DNA of 63,991 nucleotides, filler included, from Bonamia ostreae (Eukaryota): NCBI GenBank assembly GCA_040357525.1. It is 33 parts of 33 records of this genome, joined end to end, with 100 filler letters (N's around TTAATTAATTAA, not from the genome) between each part and the next. Parts side by side here need not be neighbours in the genome. Positions count along the whole stretch, not along the records: positions 1 to 1,858 come from JBDODL010001258.1; positions 1,959 to 3,816 come from JBDODL010001259.1; positions 3,917 to 5,774 come from JBDODL010001260.1; positions 5,875 to 7,731 come from JBDODL010001261.1; positions 7,832 to 9,685 come from JBDODL010001262.1; positions 9,786 to 11,638 come from JBDODL010001263.1; positions 11,739 to 13,591 come from JBDODL010001264.1; 26 more parts are not named here. One strand, 5' to 3'. Shown piece by piece: positions 1 to 12,075 of this stretch (position 1 is its first letter; each line of letters starts with the position of its first letter). The notes under the pieces were generated by a model. It saw only the letters and a program-made list of their open reading frames with translations, ran no database searches and was not told where the DNA came from. The position numbers and the translations under genes were made by a program.

Positions 1-36
1 TCTATTCAGATAACTAGAATCCGAGGAAACAGAGAC

Positions 37-256
37 ATGTATATTTTGTATGGATTATGTGTTGCCTTACATATCCATGCAGCATTCACTTTCAAGAACA
101 ATTGGGATAGACCGGTAAATTACCACTGCCCATCGCGGACTCAAGCCATCGATGCCGTGGTGTCTTTTCATATCAATTACCACGAAGACAGAAGATATCA
201 ACTCCACTGTGGGAAAGCTATGAAAAGTGGCAAAGGCGTTACTTGCCATTGGTCAG
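37..256 (+). CDS. Host hemagglutinin/amebocyte aggregation factor (dermatopontin family), first coding exon
   Basis: Signal peptide, then NNWDRPVNYHCP...SFHINYHEDRRYQLHC...CHWS; ends at G|GTAAAC donor. Confidence 0.8.
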
Positions 257-1496
257 GTAAACGTTTTACTTTAGAAATAACAAATAAAATTTTGTAGTTT
301 GGTATTCTAAAATATTTTCATCGGTTTATTTGAGAAAAAGAAAATATTAGGCCATTTTGAGTTGAAGCGCTTTACATGCGGATTCAGGCTGATTTTATTT
401 ATCAAGAGAGGGCAAACGTTTAGCAAGAAAATTATCGACGCTCTAAAATGAGCCTCTGAGAAATATGGACCCATGATAATTAAAACGATGCTCATAGTAA
501 AAAAGTGGGCGGGATTGGAATACATACACAACACATGTTGCACTTTAATATGATATTTAAAATGTTTAACTTTGTCTAGAAGATAAGAGATTTCGATTGT
601 GAATTCCTAACTCTTCGTATTATGTTGATGGCTTTTAGTATGAGGTGTCAGTTAACCAAACAGGCTTAAAATTGAAATAATCCGCAGTTTCCTTGCCTAA
701 TAAATGATTGTATAAATATTCGGCCAATTTCTATAATTGAAGAAGTAGTGACAGTTTAAATCATACCAAAGACAAGGACTTTATGACAATACAATAGGCT
801 AGTACAATATAATACCGTCATTTCAGAGTTAGCATTGTCCTAAAGGTTATTGTAGTCAAAATAGTCAAATGTGTAAATATTAATACGTCGAATCCAAACC
901 CATGTTTAAACATCAAGTTTGAATAAAATTATTACATCAATCACCGTTAATTAATTGAAAGAAGGATATTAACGAAAACATCCCAGTATACAATTCTTTG
1001 ACTACACTTTGTACATAATCATTTCAGGATGATTTTATGATTTCGTTACTTTTTTCATTACTTTGTGCACACATGTTATACCTAAAGGTTTTTTTTTTCA
1101 CATCATGATGGAATATACTTTTTAAAAATCCAGGTCTTACGCACCCTTGCCCTCTGTNNNNNNNNNNCCGCAGCTCCGTCCCTCGCTTAAGTAACATTTC
1201 TGTGCTTTCATTAAGAGTACAATCTAAGCCTTGTGATCATATGCAGATCTGATTGCCGTTCACCATGGTGCTACCGATATACACTGTAGATATTGAGATT
1301 GCCAAAATAATGAATGAGGATTTCTTGTTCACATTCGTGCAGGGAACGATTTTCCGTCATTAGTCTTTACTGCATTTTATTTTTTACATTAGTTGTATGT
1401 ATAACTTCTGTGAAAAAGTGGAAAAAAAATCAATCTTACTTGATTTATTTCTTTTTTCCTTTTACAATGTAACATTTTTGGCAGGCAACACTATCA

Positions 1497-1524
1497 TGTG
1501 TGTGTGTGTGTGTGTGTGCGCGCG
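1497..1524. repeat. (TG)n(CG)n microsatellite (host contig)
   Basis: Read directly from the sequence. Confidence 0.9.
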
Positions 1525-1858
1525 CACGAACGACTGTCAGAAAAAAACCCACCTAGATTTGGCTATCATTTTGCACAAAAAATAATATAATCAAACCCTT
1601 TATGTATAATTCCTAAGGCATGATAAAGAATCATCTCTGCTACATGTACGAATCTGAGCGCCATGCATGTGTCTAAATTTGTGCCAATTGATGCCTCAAG
1701 ATATTTCCACATGAATAAAACAACAAAAGACAATAAGCAAAAAATTCAATCACAAAATATTTGACAGAAAACCCAGCTTATATTTCATATACTGATTGCA
1801 TGTGTATCTTTTAATTAATCAAGCTTTATTTGAGAGATTTATTCGTGGATACTTTCTT

Positions 1859-1958
1859 NNNNNNNNNNNNNNNNNNNNNNNNNNNNNNNNNNNNNNNNNN
1901 NNTTAATTAATTAANNNNNNNNNNNNNNNNNNNNNNNNNNNNNNNNNNNNNNNNNNNN
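1859..1958. other. Artificial contig spacer (44 N + TTAATTAATTAA + 44 N); first of 32 copies, about every 1.95 kb
   Basis: Identical 100-nt spacer with stops in all six frames; flanking contigs shrink steadily from 1858 to ~1829 bp. Confidence 0.98.
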
Positions 1959-2144
1959 ACGCCATTTCGGGAGAGAGATTAGACTGTTCAAGACATCTTA
2001 TTTGCAATGAATACGACCAAGTTGTCGCAAGAGTTGTATGGCCACCGAAACGAGACGCCCGAACAGAGCGTCTCGCAACGATGGCGTCATGGCAAAAAAG
2101 ATGCCAAATAATGTACAGAAGAGATTGATTACACATCCGAAAAC

Positions 2145-3737
2145 CGTTATAGTCGACTTTCGCGATCAAATGCGGTCGATAAAACGGCCTCAAAAACAAG
2201 TCCCTCTTCAAGTGCATGTCCTCCGGCAACGTATTGAAGACCCGTTTCCTCTTCAGACATTTTTTGGGACTTCTCTCGTCTATGTTAACTTTGATTTCCA
2301 GCAATTCGCCAAAATCGATCAGTTTTTCCGTTTTCGCCATTTTCTCATTTCTCGATTTTTCGGCTTTTTCGGCGTTTTCAGCTTTTTCTGAAATTTGTTT
2401 TTTCCTCAAATTGCGCCTGAAACTCCAAAAATTGGGACCGGCCCAATTCATAAAATCTTCAGAATTTTCAAAGTTCTCGTCGTAGAGCTCATCCGTCAGA
2501 AACAAGTCGTTTTTCGTCTTTTCTTTCACCGCTTCGACATTTCCGGTTTTCTGCTTTTCCGAAATGTCCTCGAAATCCTCGAAATCCTCAAAATCTTGTT
2601 CAACATTTCGATCGAAATTTTGATCGAAAACCGATTTCCGGTCTTGGCCCGGCACATCGCTTTCCGACACAAAAACCGAGTCGCCGCTTAAAGCTCGGTC
2701 TATTTCCAAACGGATTTGAGCGCTCAAAGTTCGGTCGCCGTTTTTGAGATCGGAAATTTGTTTTTTGACGAGATTGATCTCTTCTTCAAAGATCGGCAGC
2801 AACGGACACAACTGCTGATCTCTGGAAGTTCTGGCGACGTCGTCCAAGATTAGATCGAATTCGCTCGTCGCCAAAACTTTTTCTCCTTTTTCGGCGGCGG
2901 ACGCGTTTTCGAGTTTTATTTTCTCCAATTTGAGGTCGCTGTCGAAGACGATCTGCAGATTTTCGCCGATTTGGAGGTTATTCAAGAGCAGTCCCTTCGC
3001 GCCGCCCTCGTCGAACGCGGAGGCCATTTTGAAGAACATCGGGTCGACTTCGTAGCTGAGATCCTTTTCGGAGAGCGCGGCGGCTTTGGCTTTGTCGGTT
3101 GTCAAGAGCGTGACCACTTTCGAGTTCCGTTTGTTCTTCGGGGTCGTTTCTTGTTGTTGCGACTTTCCGTCTTTCTGTTCTTGGTCTTCTTCGAAGCGGC
3201 TGCTTAAGCCGCCGAGGACCTTGAACATCTGCGAGTGGACCGAGTCGACGCGGCTCGAGTAAATTTTTATGCTCGCGTCCAAGGTGTTTCTGCGAAATTG
3301 AAGTTGAAAACGAGGCTTTTCTGAAGAGAGAAGACGATTTTGTGACTTTTTCTTCGGCGGCTTTTTTCTCGTTGGAAAGGAGGTCGTCGATGTAGTCGAT
3401 CAAGTTGATGGACCAAGTGTTCTTTTGGGTGATTTTGCCCGCGGCGGCGAGACGAATCGTTTCGGTGTAGAGTCTTGAGAGTTGCGCGTCGCTGAGAGTT
3501 TCCTTGTCGTCTTCGACCTGTTTGAAGGGCGACAGGAAGGGCGCGGAGTTTCTTTTTTTGGTTTTTGTTGGAGTGGATGGGTTTTTTCTGATCGGAGCCA
3601 AAAGTGAGGCTCGTTTGACAGAAAGTCTCCGTTTTGTCTTTTTACCGATTTGGTCGTTGTTCGAGAGGACGACGTTGTCTAGAACTTTTTTATTGCGGAA
3701 AATAACCTGAGCTTAGTCTTCGTCTTTTATTTTCCAT
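2145..3737 (-). CDS. NCAPH: Condensin complex subunit 2 (CAP-H/Brn1), 5' part; 22-nt introns at 3685-3706 and 3290-3311
   Basis: Motifs KITQKNTWSINLIDY, FRKAS-NTLDASIKIYSSRVDSV (restored by splicing), VDPMFFKMASAFDEGGAKGLLLNNL, WAGPNFW, LPEDMH. Confidence 0.92.
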
Positions 3738-4126
3738 TAATTTAATAATTAGCTTTATTCGGTTTTACGAATTTGGATGTTATATCTAGTTCTTTAATCT
3801 CGGAAAGCACTGCTTTNNNNNNNNNNNNNNNNNNNNNNNNNNNNNNNNNNNNNNNNNNNNTTAATTAATTAANNNNNNNNNNNNNNNNNNNNNNNNNNNN
3901 NNNNNNNNNNNNNNNNTCTCTTCGGAATATTTCTCGAAAAAAATTTGCAATTAAAATTTTAGTTCATTTTTTATTTTTGCGAAATAAATTTTTGTTCTTA
4001 TATTTTAGCGAAATTTCTGTTCTTTTTTAAAAAGCGCTTATGTTTCGTTAAATACCAAAAAAGAGGATTTCTTACTCAAGAAACTCACTGTGTGCAAATA
4101 TTATAAATAGTCTATAAAAGCAAAAT

Positions 4127-5447
4127 ATGGACAATAGCTTTCTGGTCATTTGTTTGGACAGAGACAAAACACATTCTTTAAGCCCATTATATAATAGTCA
4201 GAAAACCCCTAACTCCAAACAAAAAGAAATATCAGAAAAAATTGATTATATTGGCGGCAACAAAACACATTCAATAAAATCAAATTCAAACGAATATGCA
4301 GAGAGACTTTGTAAGTTAATAAATTTATATTACGACAAATACGAATTCGAAGAAAAACATTTAGTTCTAGTTCATGTTTTAAAATTTATTTTAGTCAAAT
4401 CAAGAAAAAGAAACAACCTCAAAAATAGAAAAATGGCTAAAAATGAATTTTAAAAACGTAAATTTGACAACAATACAAATGAATTCTTCAAGCGGTCTTC
4501 TATCTCTCACAAATGGCTCTTTGACCAAAAGGGAAAACAAACCAGCTTCAGAGGATTTCCACTCAAACACTTTTATAGCTTTAAAAATATCAATAATGGT
4601 TGAAGAATTGAAAGAAAAAATAAAATTGAAAAACATGAAAAATGTCTCCAAATTTGTCTCGGTGCGTTTTGCTGATTTGGCGAAAAGAGACTTTAATTTC
4701 GAATTGATTAATCTCGTTAATAGTCATTACAAATTTCGTTTGCACAATTTTGGATTTGTTTTCTTCAAAAATTCAGATCACTCGTTTTTAGGAAAACATT
4801 GAAATTTTGACAATTTTTATGCAATAACCAAATTCAGCAATTTTTGCAAAATTTATCGAAAAACAAAAAGAGTTTTGGTCGACAAACAAATAAATCCCTT
4901 TCGAACTGCTTCCGAAATGCCAAAAGAAACACAATTGGTTGTAAAAGATATGAAACAATACATATCTTCTTTCAAAAATGTTCAAAACATTTAAATTTTA
5001 AAACTTGACATTTTAAAATTCGTGAAATTTAAGGCTTTCAAAAAACCGAAAAACGAAATAACAGATTTTTGGGTTCGCAAATCAAAACAATTGGTTTTGT
5101 GTGTCATTTTGACCTGGGACAAAAATTCAGGTTATCGTTTCGAGCGGGGTGCCAACTTGGAGGTGTCTCTTCCCGCTGGCGCTATATGCGCAGAACGAAA
5201 CGCGATCAGCTCTGCCTTTTCGAAGAATCCATTATTAAAAAGAAAGGATTTTAGAAGAATAGCGGTTTGCAGTGTGACATTGGAAAAAGGCAAAGGCGAA
5301 AACAATCCTGTTTTGCCCTGTGGCGTTTGCAGAGAGGTTTTTAAATTCTGAATGAAGTGGATCGTAAAGATTTGCTTTAACAACGAAAATTTTCGGTTGG
5401 TTAACTTTGAATCGAGTGATTGCGAACGAGTGAGAGAGAATTTATGA
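4127..5447 (+). CDS. Cytidine deaminase-like protein with long N-terminal extension (multi-exon; 5' structure uncertain)
   Basis: GANLEVSLPAGAICAERNAI...PCGVCRE-WIVKI zinc-deaminase motifs; 21-nt intron 5337-5357. Confidence 0.75.
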
Positions 5448-5874
5448 TTTTATAAAAATTTGCATTTTTTTAAACCGAATCCTCGCGTCTTTAGCAACTT
5501 TACTTTCAAACCTTTTTATTTTCCAGAATATAATTACAAAATTTTCGTCGATGTTTATTATTTTTTTAATTCAGATGCACCACAAAATTTAAAAAAACAA
5601 ACATAATCTTTTCAAACCAAAGAAAACGATTATTCAACAAAGGTTATTTTTGGTCAATAAAGATTTAATCAAATCTCTTGACTTATTCAATATTGTAAAA
5701 ACGCTTTCAGAAATAGTACAAAAAATATAAAAAATGTAATGGTACAATATTTCTAATTACAGGGCTTCTTATAANNNNNNNNNNNNNNNNNNNNNNNNNN
5801 NNNNNNNNNNNNNNNNNNTTAATTAATTAANNNNNNNNNNNNNNNNNNNNNNNNNNNNNNNNNNNNNNNNNNNN

Positions 5875-6384
5875 CAAAAACTTCTTCTCATAAGACGTAG
5901 ATCTGAATCGGTGTCAACAAAAACGATCATATCCGCCAAGTCTCTTACATCTTTATCGTAACAAGCCAGAATCCCTTCTATTATCAAAACGTCAACCGGC
6001 GCTAGCGTTTCGGTTTCTTCCAATCTTTAATTCGAAAATTTTTACCTGGAATGCGTTCTAAAATCGTACAAAGGAATTTGCGTTGTCTCTCTTTTCTTGA
6101 TCGACTCCAAATTTTCTTTCATCAATTTCCAATCGAAAGAATCTAATTTTAGCGATTTGCAAACCGGGATGGTCAAAATTATATTTCGAAATGTTTTCCA
6201 TTTCTTCTTTTGACGGCGTTCTGTAATAATTGTCGAGCGAAATAATCCGAACCGATAATTTTTCCAATCCGCGCACGATTTGTCTTTTTTTGGTTTAGCA
6301 ATAAAACTCGCAAACTGTAGTTTTGCCGCTGGCCGTGCCGCCGTTCATCAGTATGATTAAAGTATGTTTTTTGGAAGGCGTCAT
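5875..6384 (-). CDS. UCK: Uridine-cytidine kinase, 5' part; introns 6284-6307, 6143-6164, 6025-6045
   Basis: Spliced translation [13 protein letters not shown]...ISLDNYY...YNFDHPDSFDW...[11 protein letters not shown]...VLIIEGIL...[13 protein letters not shown]. Confidence 0.92.
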
Positions 6385-6793
6385 CGTTCAAGACTTTTCG
6401 ACTAAATTAGTTTTCAGAGAATTTTTTATCGTTAAAACTTAAAAAAATGTAATTTTTCACTTTGTTATTTTGACAATTTTTCATTTCCAATTTTTGCAAT
6501 TAACAAAATCTAAAAATCGTTAAAATGGTTAAAACCGTTAAAAATTATTATCTCGAAAAAATGGTTAAAATGGTAAAATGGTAAGACGAAACATTATCTC
6601 GAAAATTATTAAAGACGCCATTATTTGTAAAATGAAATGTTTTTAAAAATGGCGTAAACAACAAAAATGGGCAGTTTTGGAGAACCCTCAACTAAGATTT
6701 TATTACCGAAATTTGTAATTTCCCGCCATTATTTACAAATCGAATATATTCTCCTAAAACCACATTATTAGACAATTAAAATATATTACAGGA

Positions 6794-7553
6794 ATGGAAA
6801 GCTTCGACGGAAAAGTCCTAGCTGATTTCATTTCAGGAGCAGTTTTGATATTCGGCACAAACGTTGCGTTCATCCCACAGTACATTAAAATCGAACAGAG
6901 CGGCTCTTCCGCTTTGTCAAAATATGTCTGTCTTGTTTTCATAACGTCGAGCGTTCTGAGACTATTCTTCAGAATCGGGGAAGAATTTTCGATTTACTTA
7001 GTTTTGCAATCAATCGTCGCCATTTTCACCCAACTCATTTTACTGGAAGCCATTGTCACAAAGGAAAACAAAAAAAATTTGAACGACATGAAAACTAAAA
7101 ATTTTTGGCAAATTTTCAGTTTAAAAGGGCTAAATAAAGAGTTTTGGAATTGGGATAATTTTTATGATTTTGGTTTTTCTTTCTAATTTTAAGTAATGGC
7201 GGTTGCACTGTTTAACATAATTATGGCGTCCGCGACGTATTTGTTCGGAACTTACAACTTTTATTTTCAGATTATTGGAACTCTTTCGTTGGCGTTGGAT
7301 TGTACGGTTGGTCTTCCGCAATTGTACAAGAATTTCAAAAATAAAACGACTAAAGGATTGAGGTCTAAATTTTATAATTTTAAGTGTTGTTTTGATATTT
7401 TATTGGGTCTTATCCGACGTTTGTAAAGCGTTCTATTATCAAATGATTGAAGTGCCGTTGCAATTCGTGATTGCCGGCGGAGTTCAGATAATGATCGACT
7501 TTTTGCTTTTTTGGCAATGTCTTTTTTACGAGAAAAAATTATTTTCGATGTAA
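6794..7553 (+). CDS. PQ-loop membrane protein (SLC66/PQLC1-like); introns 7173-7193 and 7363-7384
   Basis: Two PQ motifs (FIPQY, GLPQLYKNFKNKTTKGLS), FWNWDNF, hydrophobic helices. Confidence 0.85.
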
Positions 7554-7831
7554 AAGATTTTATATTTTTTGGTTTTTGGAAAAAATGTTTTTGGAAAAAG
7601 TAATTGCGTTTATTGTTTCTGTTCATTTTATGTAATAAAAATGGTTTTTTGTTAATGTTGCTACGAAACCGATCGGGTTCTCGATGAAATTTTTATCGTA
7701 AATTAATGGTTGGCCATTCGGTTTTGTGAGTNNNNNNNNNNNNNNNNNNNNNNNNNNNNNNNNNNNNNNNNNNNNTTAATTAATTAANNNNNNNNNNNNN
7801 NNNNNNNNNNNNNNNNNNNNNNNNNNNNNNN

Positions 7832-8070
7832 TCGAAAAATCAACAAAAAAAATTGACAAAAAATTATTATTAATTTCGACAAAAAAAATTGACAGAAAAT
7901 TTTATTAATTTGAAATAAATATCGAAAAATCAACAAAAAAAATTGACAAAAAATTATTATTAATTTCGACAAAAAAAATTGACAGAAAATTTTATTAATT
8001 TGAAATAAATATCGAAAAATCAACAAAAAAAATTGACAAAAAATTATTATTAATTTCGACAAAAAACGAC
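7832..8070. repeat. 90-bp tandem repeat (~2.6 copies) inside an MCM5 intron
   Basis: Unit ATCGAAAAATCAACAAAAAAAATTGAC... recurs at 7832, 7921 and 8011. Confidence 0.92.
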
Positions 8071-8110
8071 AAAAAATCGACAAAAAATTTTAGCCAAAAA
8101 TAAAAATAAC

Positions 8111-8810
8111 GTATCAGAAGAGCCATTAACCATAGACGAGCATACTCTCGGAACAGCAGCGGATCCAAATCCTTTCGGGCACGCCAAATCGCGTGCGTCG
8201 TTGCAAGTGGCGCATTTTATTCTTATTTTAGTCGCTTTGCTTTGCACTTTGTAAGCGCTCGTGACAATGCCATTGACTTCGACGAGTCGATTAATGTGGT
8301 CCGCCCTCAAAGCCCTGATCGACTCGCTTCGACCATAATTTTCTATTTTGATGTGAATCGGTCTCAGATCTTCTTCTTTCGGCCGTGGAATCAACGTTTC
8401 CGCGACTACTTTCAGCGCGGCTTTTTCGAGAAGAGACAGAAGCGAATTGGGGTCTGCGGCGAGACGGTCGCTCAAGGATTTGTCAAAAGCGGATAGATCT
8501 GAGAAGTCGATAGTCAGTTCTGGTTTTCGGGAACGATAGTTTGCTTTGACGCGCTCTCGGTAAATAAAAGATTCGTCTTTTCGCCATTCTTCAATGAACT
8601 TGTAGCAAATGGCCTCGTCTTGTTTTATCTGTTCGTTTCTTTTAAATGCCTTTTAAAAATAATTAAAAAAGAATAAATTTTCGCACTAAAGCTTTAACCG
8701 CTTTTTCGTTTTTAAAAATTATCGATATAATGAACCTCCGAAGTTTCGGCGCCAAGTCTTTGATCAGAATAGGTAGCAGCGGATGTAACTTCTGAAAAAA
8801 CATGTGCCAT
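8111..8810 (-). CDS. MCM5: DNA replication licensing factor MCM5, N-terminal part (one ~85-nt intron)
   Basis: FIYRERVKANY...IDFSDLSAFDKSLSDRLAADP...SIRALRADHINRLVEVNGIV...CATC...GFGSAAVPRVC. Confidence 0.85.
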
Positions 8811-9292
8811 TTTTACAAATCTAATTATATTTGAAAATGTAATGTTTGTCTAAATCCAATTAACTAGCCAAAATCGATTTTTCTCGAAAATCTAATTTTT
8901 ACTTTTGTCAAATTTTACTTTTTATATAATAATTAAAGCTCGATCGAAAAAACAATATATATCAATTTGTTAAAATGCAAACCTTTGCGATTAACGAAAT
9001 ATTATAAAATAAAGCAAAACATTATTTATTGATATCTGTAATAACGCAAATGAATGTGTTCAAGCTAATTATTCTGCTCTATTGTTTGCAGAACGTAAAT
9101 ACAAATGCGCACGAAAAACCAATTTGCGAAGTTAAATTTTAAAATTTAGAATTTTTATAGAAACGTTTGCAAAAAGGGCTCTCAAGACGAAAATTGGTTC
9201 CAAAAATTTAGTAATGAAAATATGAAACTAACGCAAAAACAATTTTCAAAAAAAACTAGTTTTTTTCATATATTCGAACAAAAAAAGCTCAA

Positions 9293-9685
9293 ATGTCGGT
9301 AAATCTAGAGAAAAAATGTGACCAAGTTAGACATTTTGGCCATTTTCACAAAAATATTAACAAAGCGTTTAGAAGCCAAATCGTCAAAAGTCAGTTACTT
9401 AAATACAAAAAATATCCAAATTGCACATTGAGAATTTTGATTAAAGGAAATCACAGAGAACAAACTTTTAACAAACTAAAATTAAATTTGGATAGGATTT
9501 TGAAAACTAAAAATCCCAGAAATCAAGTAAAATCGCTTCCGAATGGTTGGAACTTTGTTTATGCGGATTCAGAAAAGGCGCTCCAATGGCTCAAAAACTT
9601 TTTTGTCGTTAATAAAGTTCTACATGTTAGGGAAAGTTTTCACAATAAAATTTTATCTAAAACATTCTCAAGATTAAATCAAAAA
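9293..9685 (+). CDS. Hypothetical protist protein, partial, divergent from MCM5
   Basis: Open frame of >130 codons running to the contig end; no recognised motif. Confidence 0.4.
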
Positions 9686-12075
9686 NNNNNNNNNNNNNNN
9701 NNNNNNNNNNNNNNNNNNNNNNNNNNNNNTTAATTAATTAANNNNNNNNNNNNNNNNNNNNNNNNNNNNNNNNNNNNNNNNNNNNGCCTACACCCCAACT
9801 TCCGGCACAACTACCCCCCCCCCCCCCCCCCCAAGATTGTGTGGCAGGTTTTAATCCTTCCATTCTTATATTCATAGAATTATATGCTTTTTATACCCGA
9901 ATGAAATAGGATACGTGATACTAGATAATTAATTCCAGTGTTCCTGTTCATAATATTTTGTGATCAGTCTATAACTGTGTGTCAAAATATTTTTTTCAGT
10001 ATCATATGTTTTATCTCTGTTAACGAATGTTTTCCAACACTTAACTCGAAGTTAATTATCCATTCTTACAAGAGATAAAGTTTGAATTGTAAATTTGAAA
10101 TAAGGATCCTTATAGAATGACTTCAATTCATCATTGACGTTAACATTTGATGATAAACAAAACCGACTAAGCATTTTCACTTCAGTGCGTAACGACATTG
10201 TACTAATGTAATATGTCGAGTTTGCATGATATCCCCTGCCTGGGATAGGGGAGCAAGTTATAATCTGATCTAGTTTATATGGTGTACAGTGTCCGGTATC
10301 CGACAAAATCAAATGAAAACCACAAGCTTACCCCTGGTTATTTGATTGTGTTTATTTTGATTTCTCTCTCCCTGTTGTTTATTTTTTTCAGGTTTCTCGT
10401 TTCGTGTTTTATTTGTTCCTAGTTAAAAAAAACCCAGAGACATCAGACATAATAGTTAATTCCTTTTTTAAAATAGGACAAAACTTGCATTAATGTATAC
10501 TTTGCAATGCGAGCTTTCTAGCTAAGTGTTTTATATGTATGCTTAATGAAAGTAATTTCTATTATGTATCACAGGACGTGAATTGAAATAGTTGATGCTT
10601 TTTAGATACCGGTTTATAAAATATGAAATGTCACTACTTTCCGTGCTATTCCCAATACTTAATACTAAATGAAAAGAGTGTATAATTCAAAATAGTTTAT
10701 CTTACTACGCGGAAAAACGTTAAGCGTCTTTGAACAGCTACATTGTAGGTGTAATTATGAGGAAGACATTTCCAGACGACCGACAGCAGAGAATTCAACG
10801 CATCAATAAATGTACTATCTGTATCACATTACAACATTCAAGAAAGCAATTTCTGTTGGAATATATCCCGTGTCGAAGATGTGAATTAAGTAGAACATAT
10901 TACTGGGGTATTTAAATTTGTAATAGTGCAAATGACAACATATAAATGCATTTTACTACATAGCAAACATTTCATCTGAGCCTTGAACTTCATAACATTA
11001 TTTACAAGACTCATTGCATTTGCATATTTATCAAACTCTTTCGGCTTTTTTTTTCATACCATTGCACATATTGCAGACTTCTCTATCCCGCCAATTAATC
11101 AGCAATCTGACATTTAGAATGCGTGACTTGCAGTTTTGTGTCTTTTTACAGACGTAGCATTTAGGTTTTGATTTCTTTATTTACACAAAGAGTGAATTTA
11201 TCTTGTTTCATTTATCTGTGACGTCTGAACACTTTTAAATTATGTAGACTGGAGTTATGGGCCTTCGTCAAGTTGTCTTTATGAGGAAGAACATTTTTGC
11301 TCAAATGCATCACGTGTCAAACAATGTAAATTTACTAGCACATATTGCTGTAGTTCTCTATCGCGTCAATGAATCACTAATCTGAAATTTAAAGGGCGTG
11401 ACTTGCAGTTTTATCTCCGCTTACAGATATAACATTGAGGTTTAGATTACAAAAAACGTGCTGATCTACACAAAGACTGCATGTATCTTGTTTCATTTAT
11501 GTGTGAAGTCTGAACGCTATACACAGAAAAGGGTGAATTTTCTGCTTAATTGTGGTTATTTAAAAACTCCGAAACAGGAAAAAGAAATTATCCCGCACGG
11601 GGTCATCACGAAATGAAATATTTAGGTTTGATTCGGTTNNNNNNNNNNNNNNNNNNNNNNNNNNNNNNNNNNNNNNNNNNNNTTAATTAATTAANNNNNN
11701 NNNNNNNNNNNNNNNNNNNNNNNNNNNNNNNNNNNNNNGAAAAACAAAAGCAAATCGACGAAAAACAACCAAAAAAAGACTTTGACGAACAAAAAGACGA
11801 TAAAAAAGAAAAAAAGGACGGAAATGACGAGATGAGAAACTTAAAGACGATGAATGAAATAGCGTCGAAGATAACCGCAGTAGAAGTGTTGCAGGAGGCG
11901 ATTATAGATAGTCTGAGCAACTATACGATCAAAATGAAGATAAAAATGAGCAAATCGTCGACATCGCCAAAAAAGGAGCAATTTTAGATCTGCTGTGGAT
12001 GAGAGCAAATTGGATCGGCGATTACAAACAATAAAAAAATTGCTGTTTTTCAAAAATTTTAAAAGCAAAATTAAT

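Noticed and set aside
1903-1914. TTAATTAATTAA repeated every ~1.95 kb as a CRISPR-like or regulatory repeat
   Set aside because: Always embedded in 44 N on each side; it is an assembly linker, so adjacency between contigs has no biological meaning
1968-1985. GAGAGAGATTAG resembling the U6 ACAGAGAAGAUUAGC core
   Set aside because: The AGC triad and downstream U6 internal stem-loop are absent
2978-3601. Pervasive frameshifts read as pseudogenes or programmed frameshifting
   Set aside because: In the conserved genes traced, each shift is explained by a 19-26 nt GT-AG intron that restores conserved motifs
4800-4802. In-frame TGA in the deaminase gene as evidence for TGA reassignment
   Set aside because: A frame-preserving 54-nt GTTTT..CAG intron (4784-4837) can remove it; conserved Trp residues use TGG; TGA terminates astacin right after its conserved final Cys
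11100-11520. Diverged ~275-bp direct duplication in a host contig
   Set aside because: No intact ORF or termini; ordinary decayed host repeat
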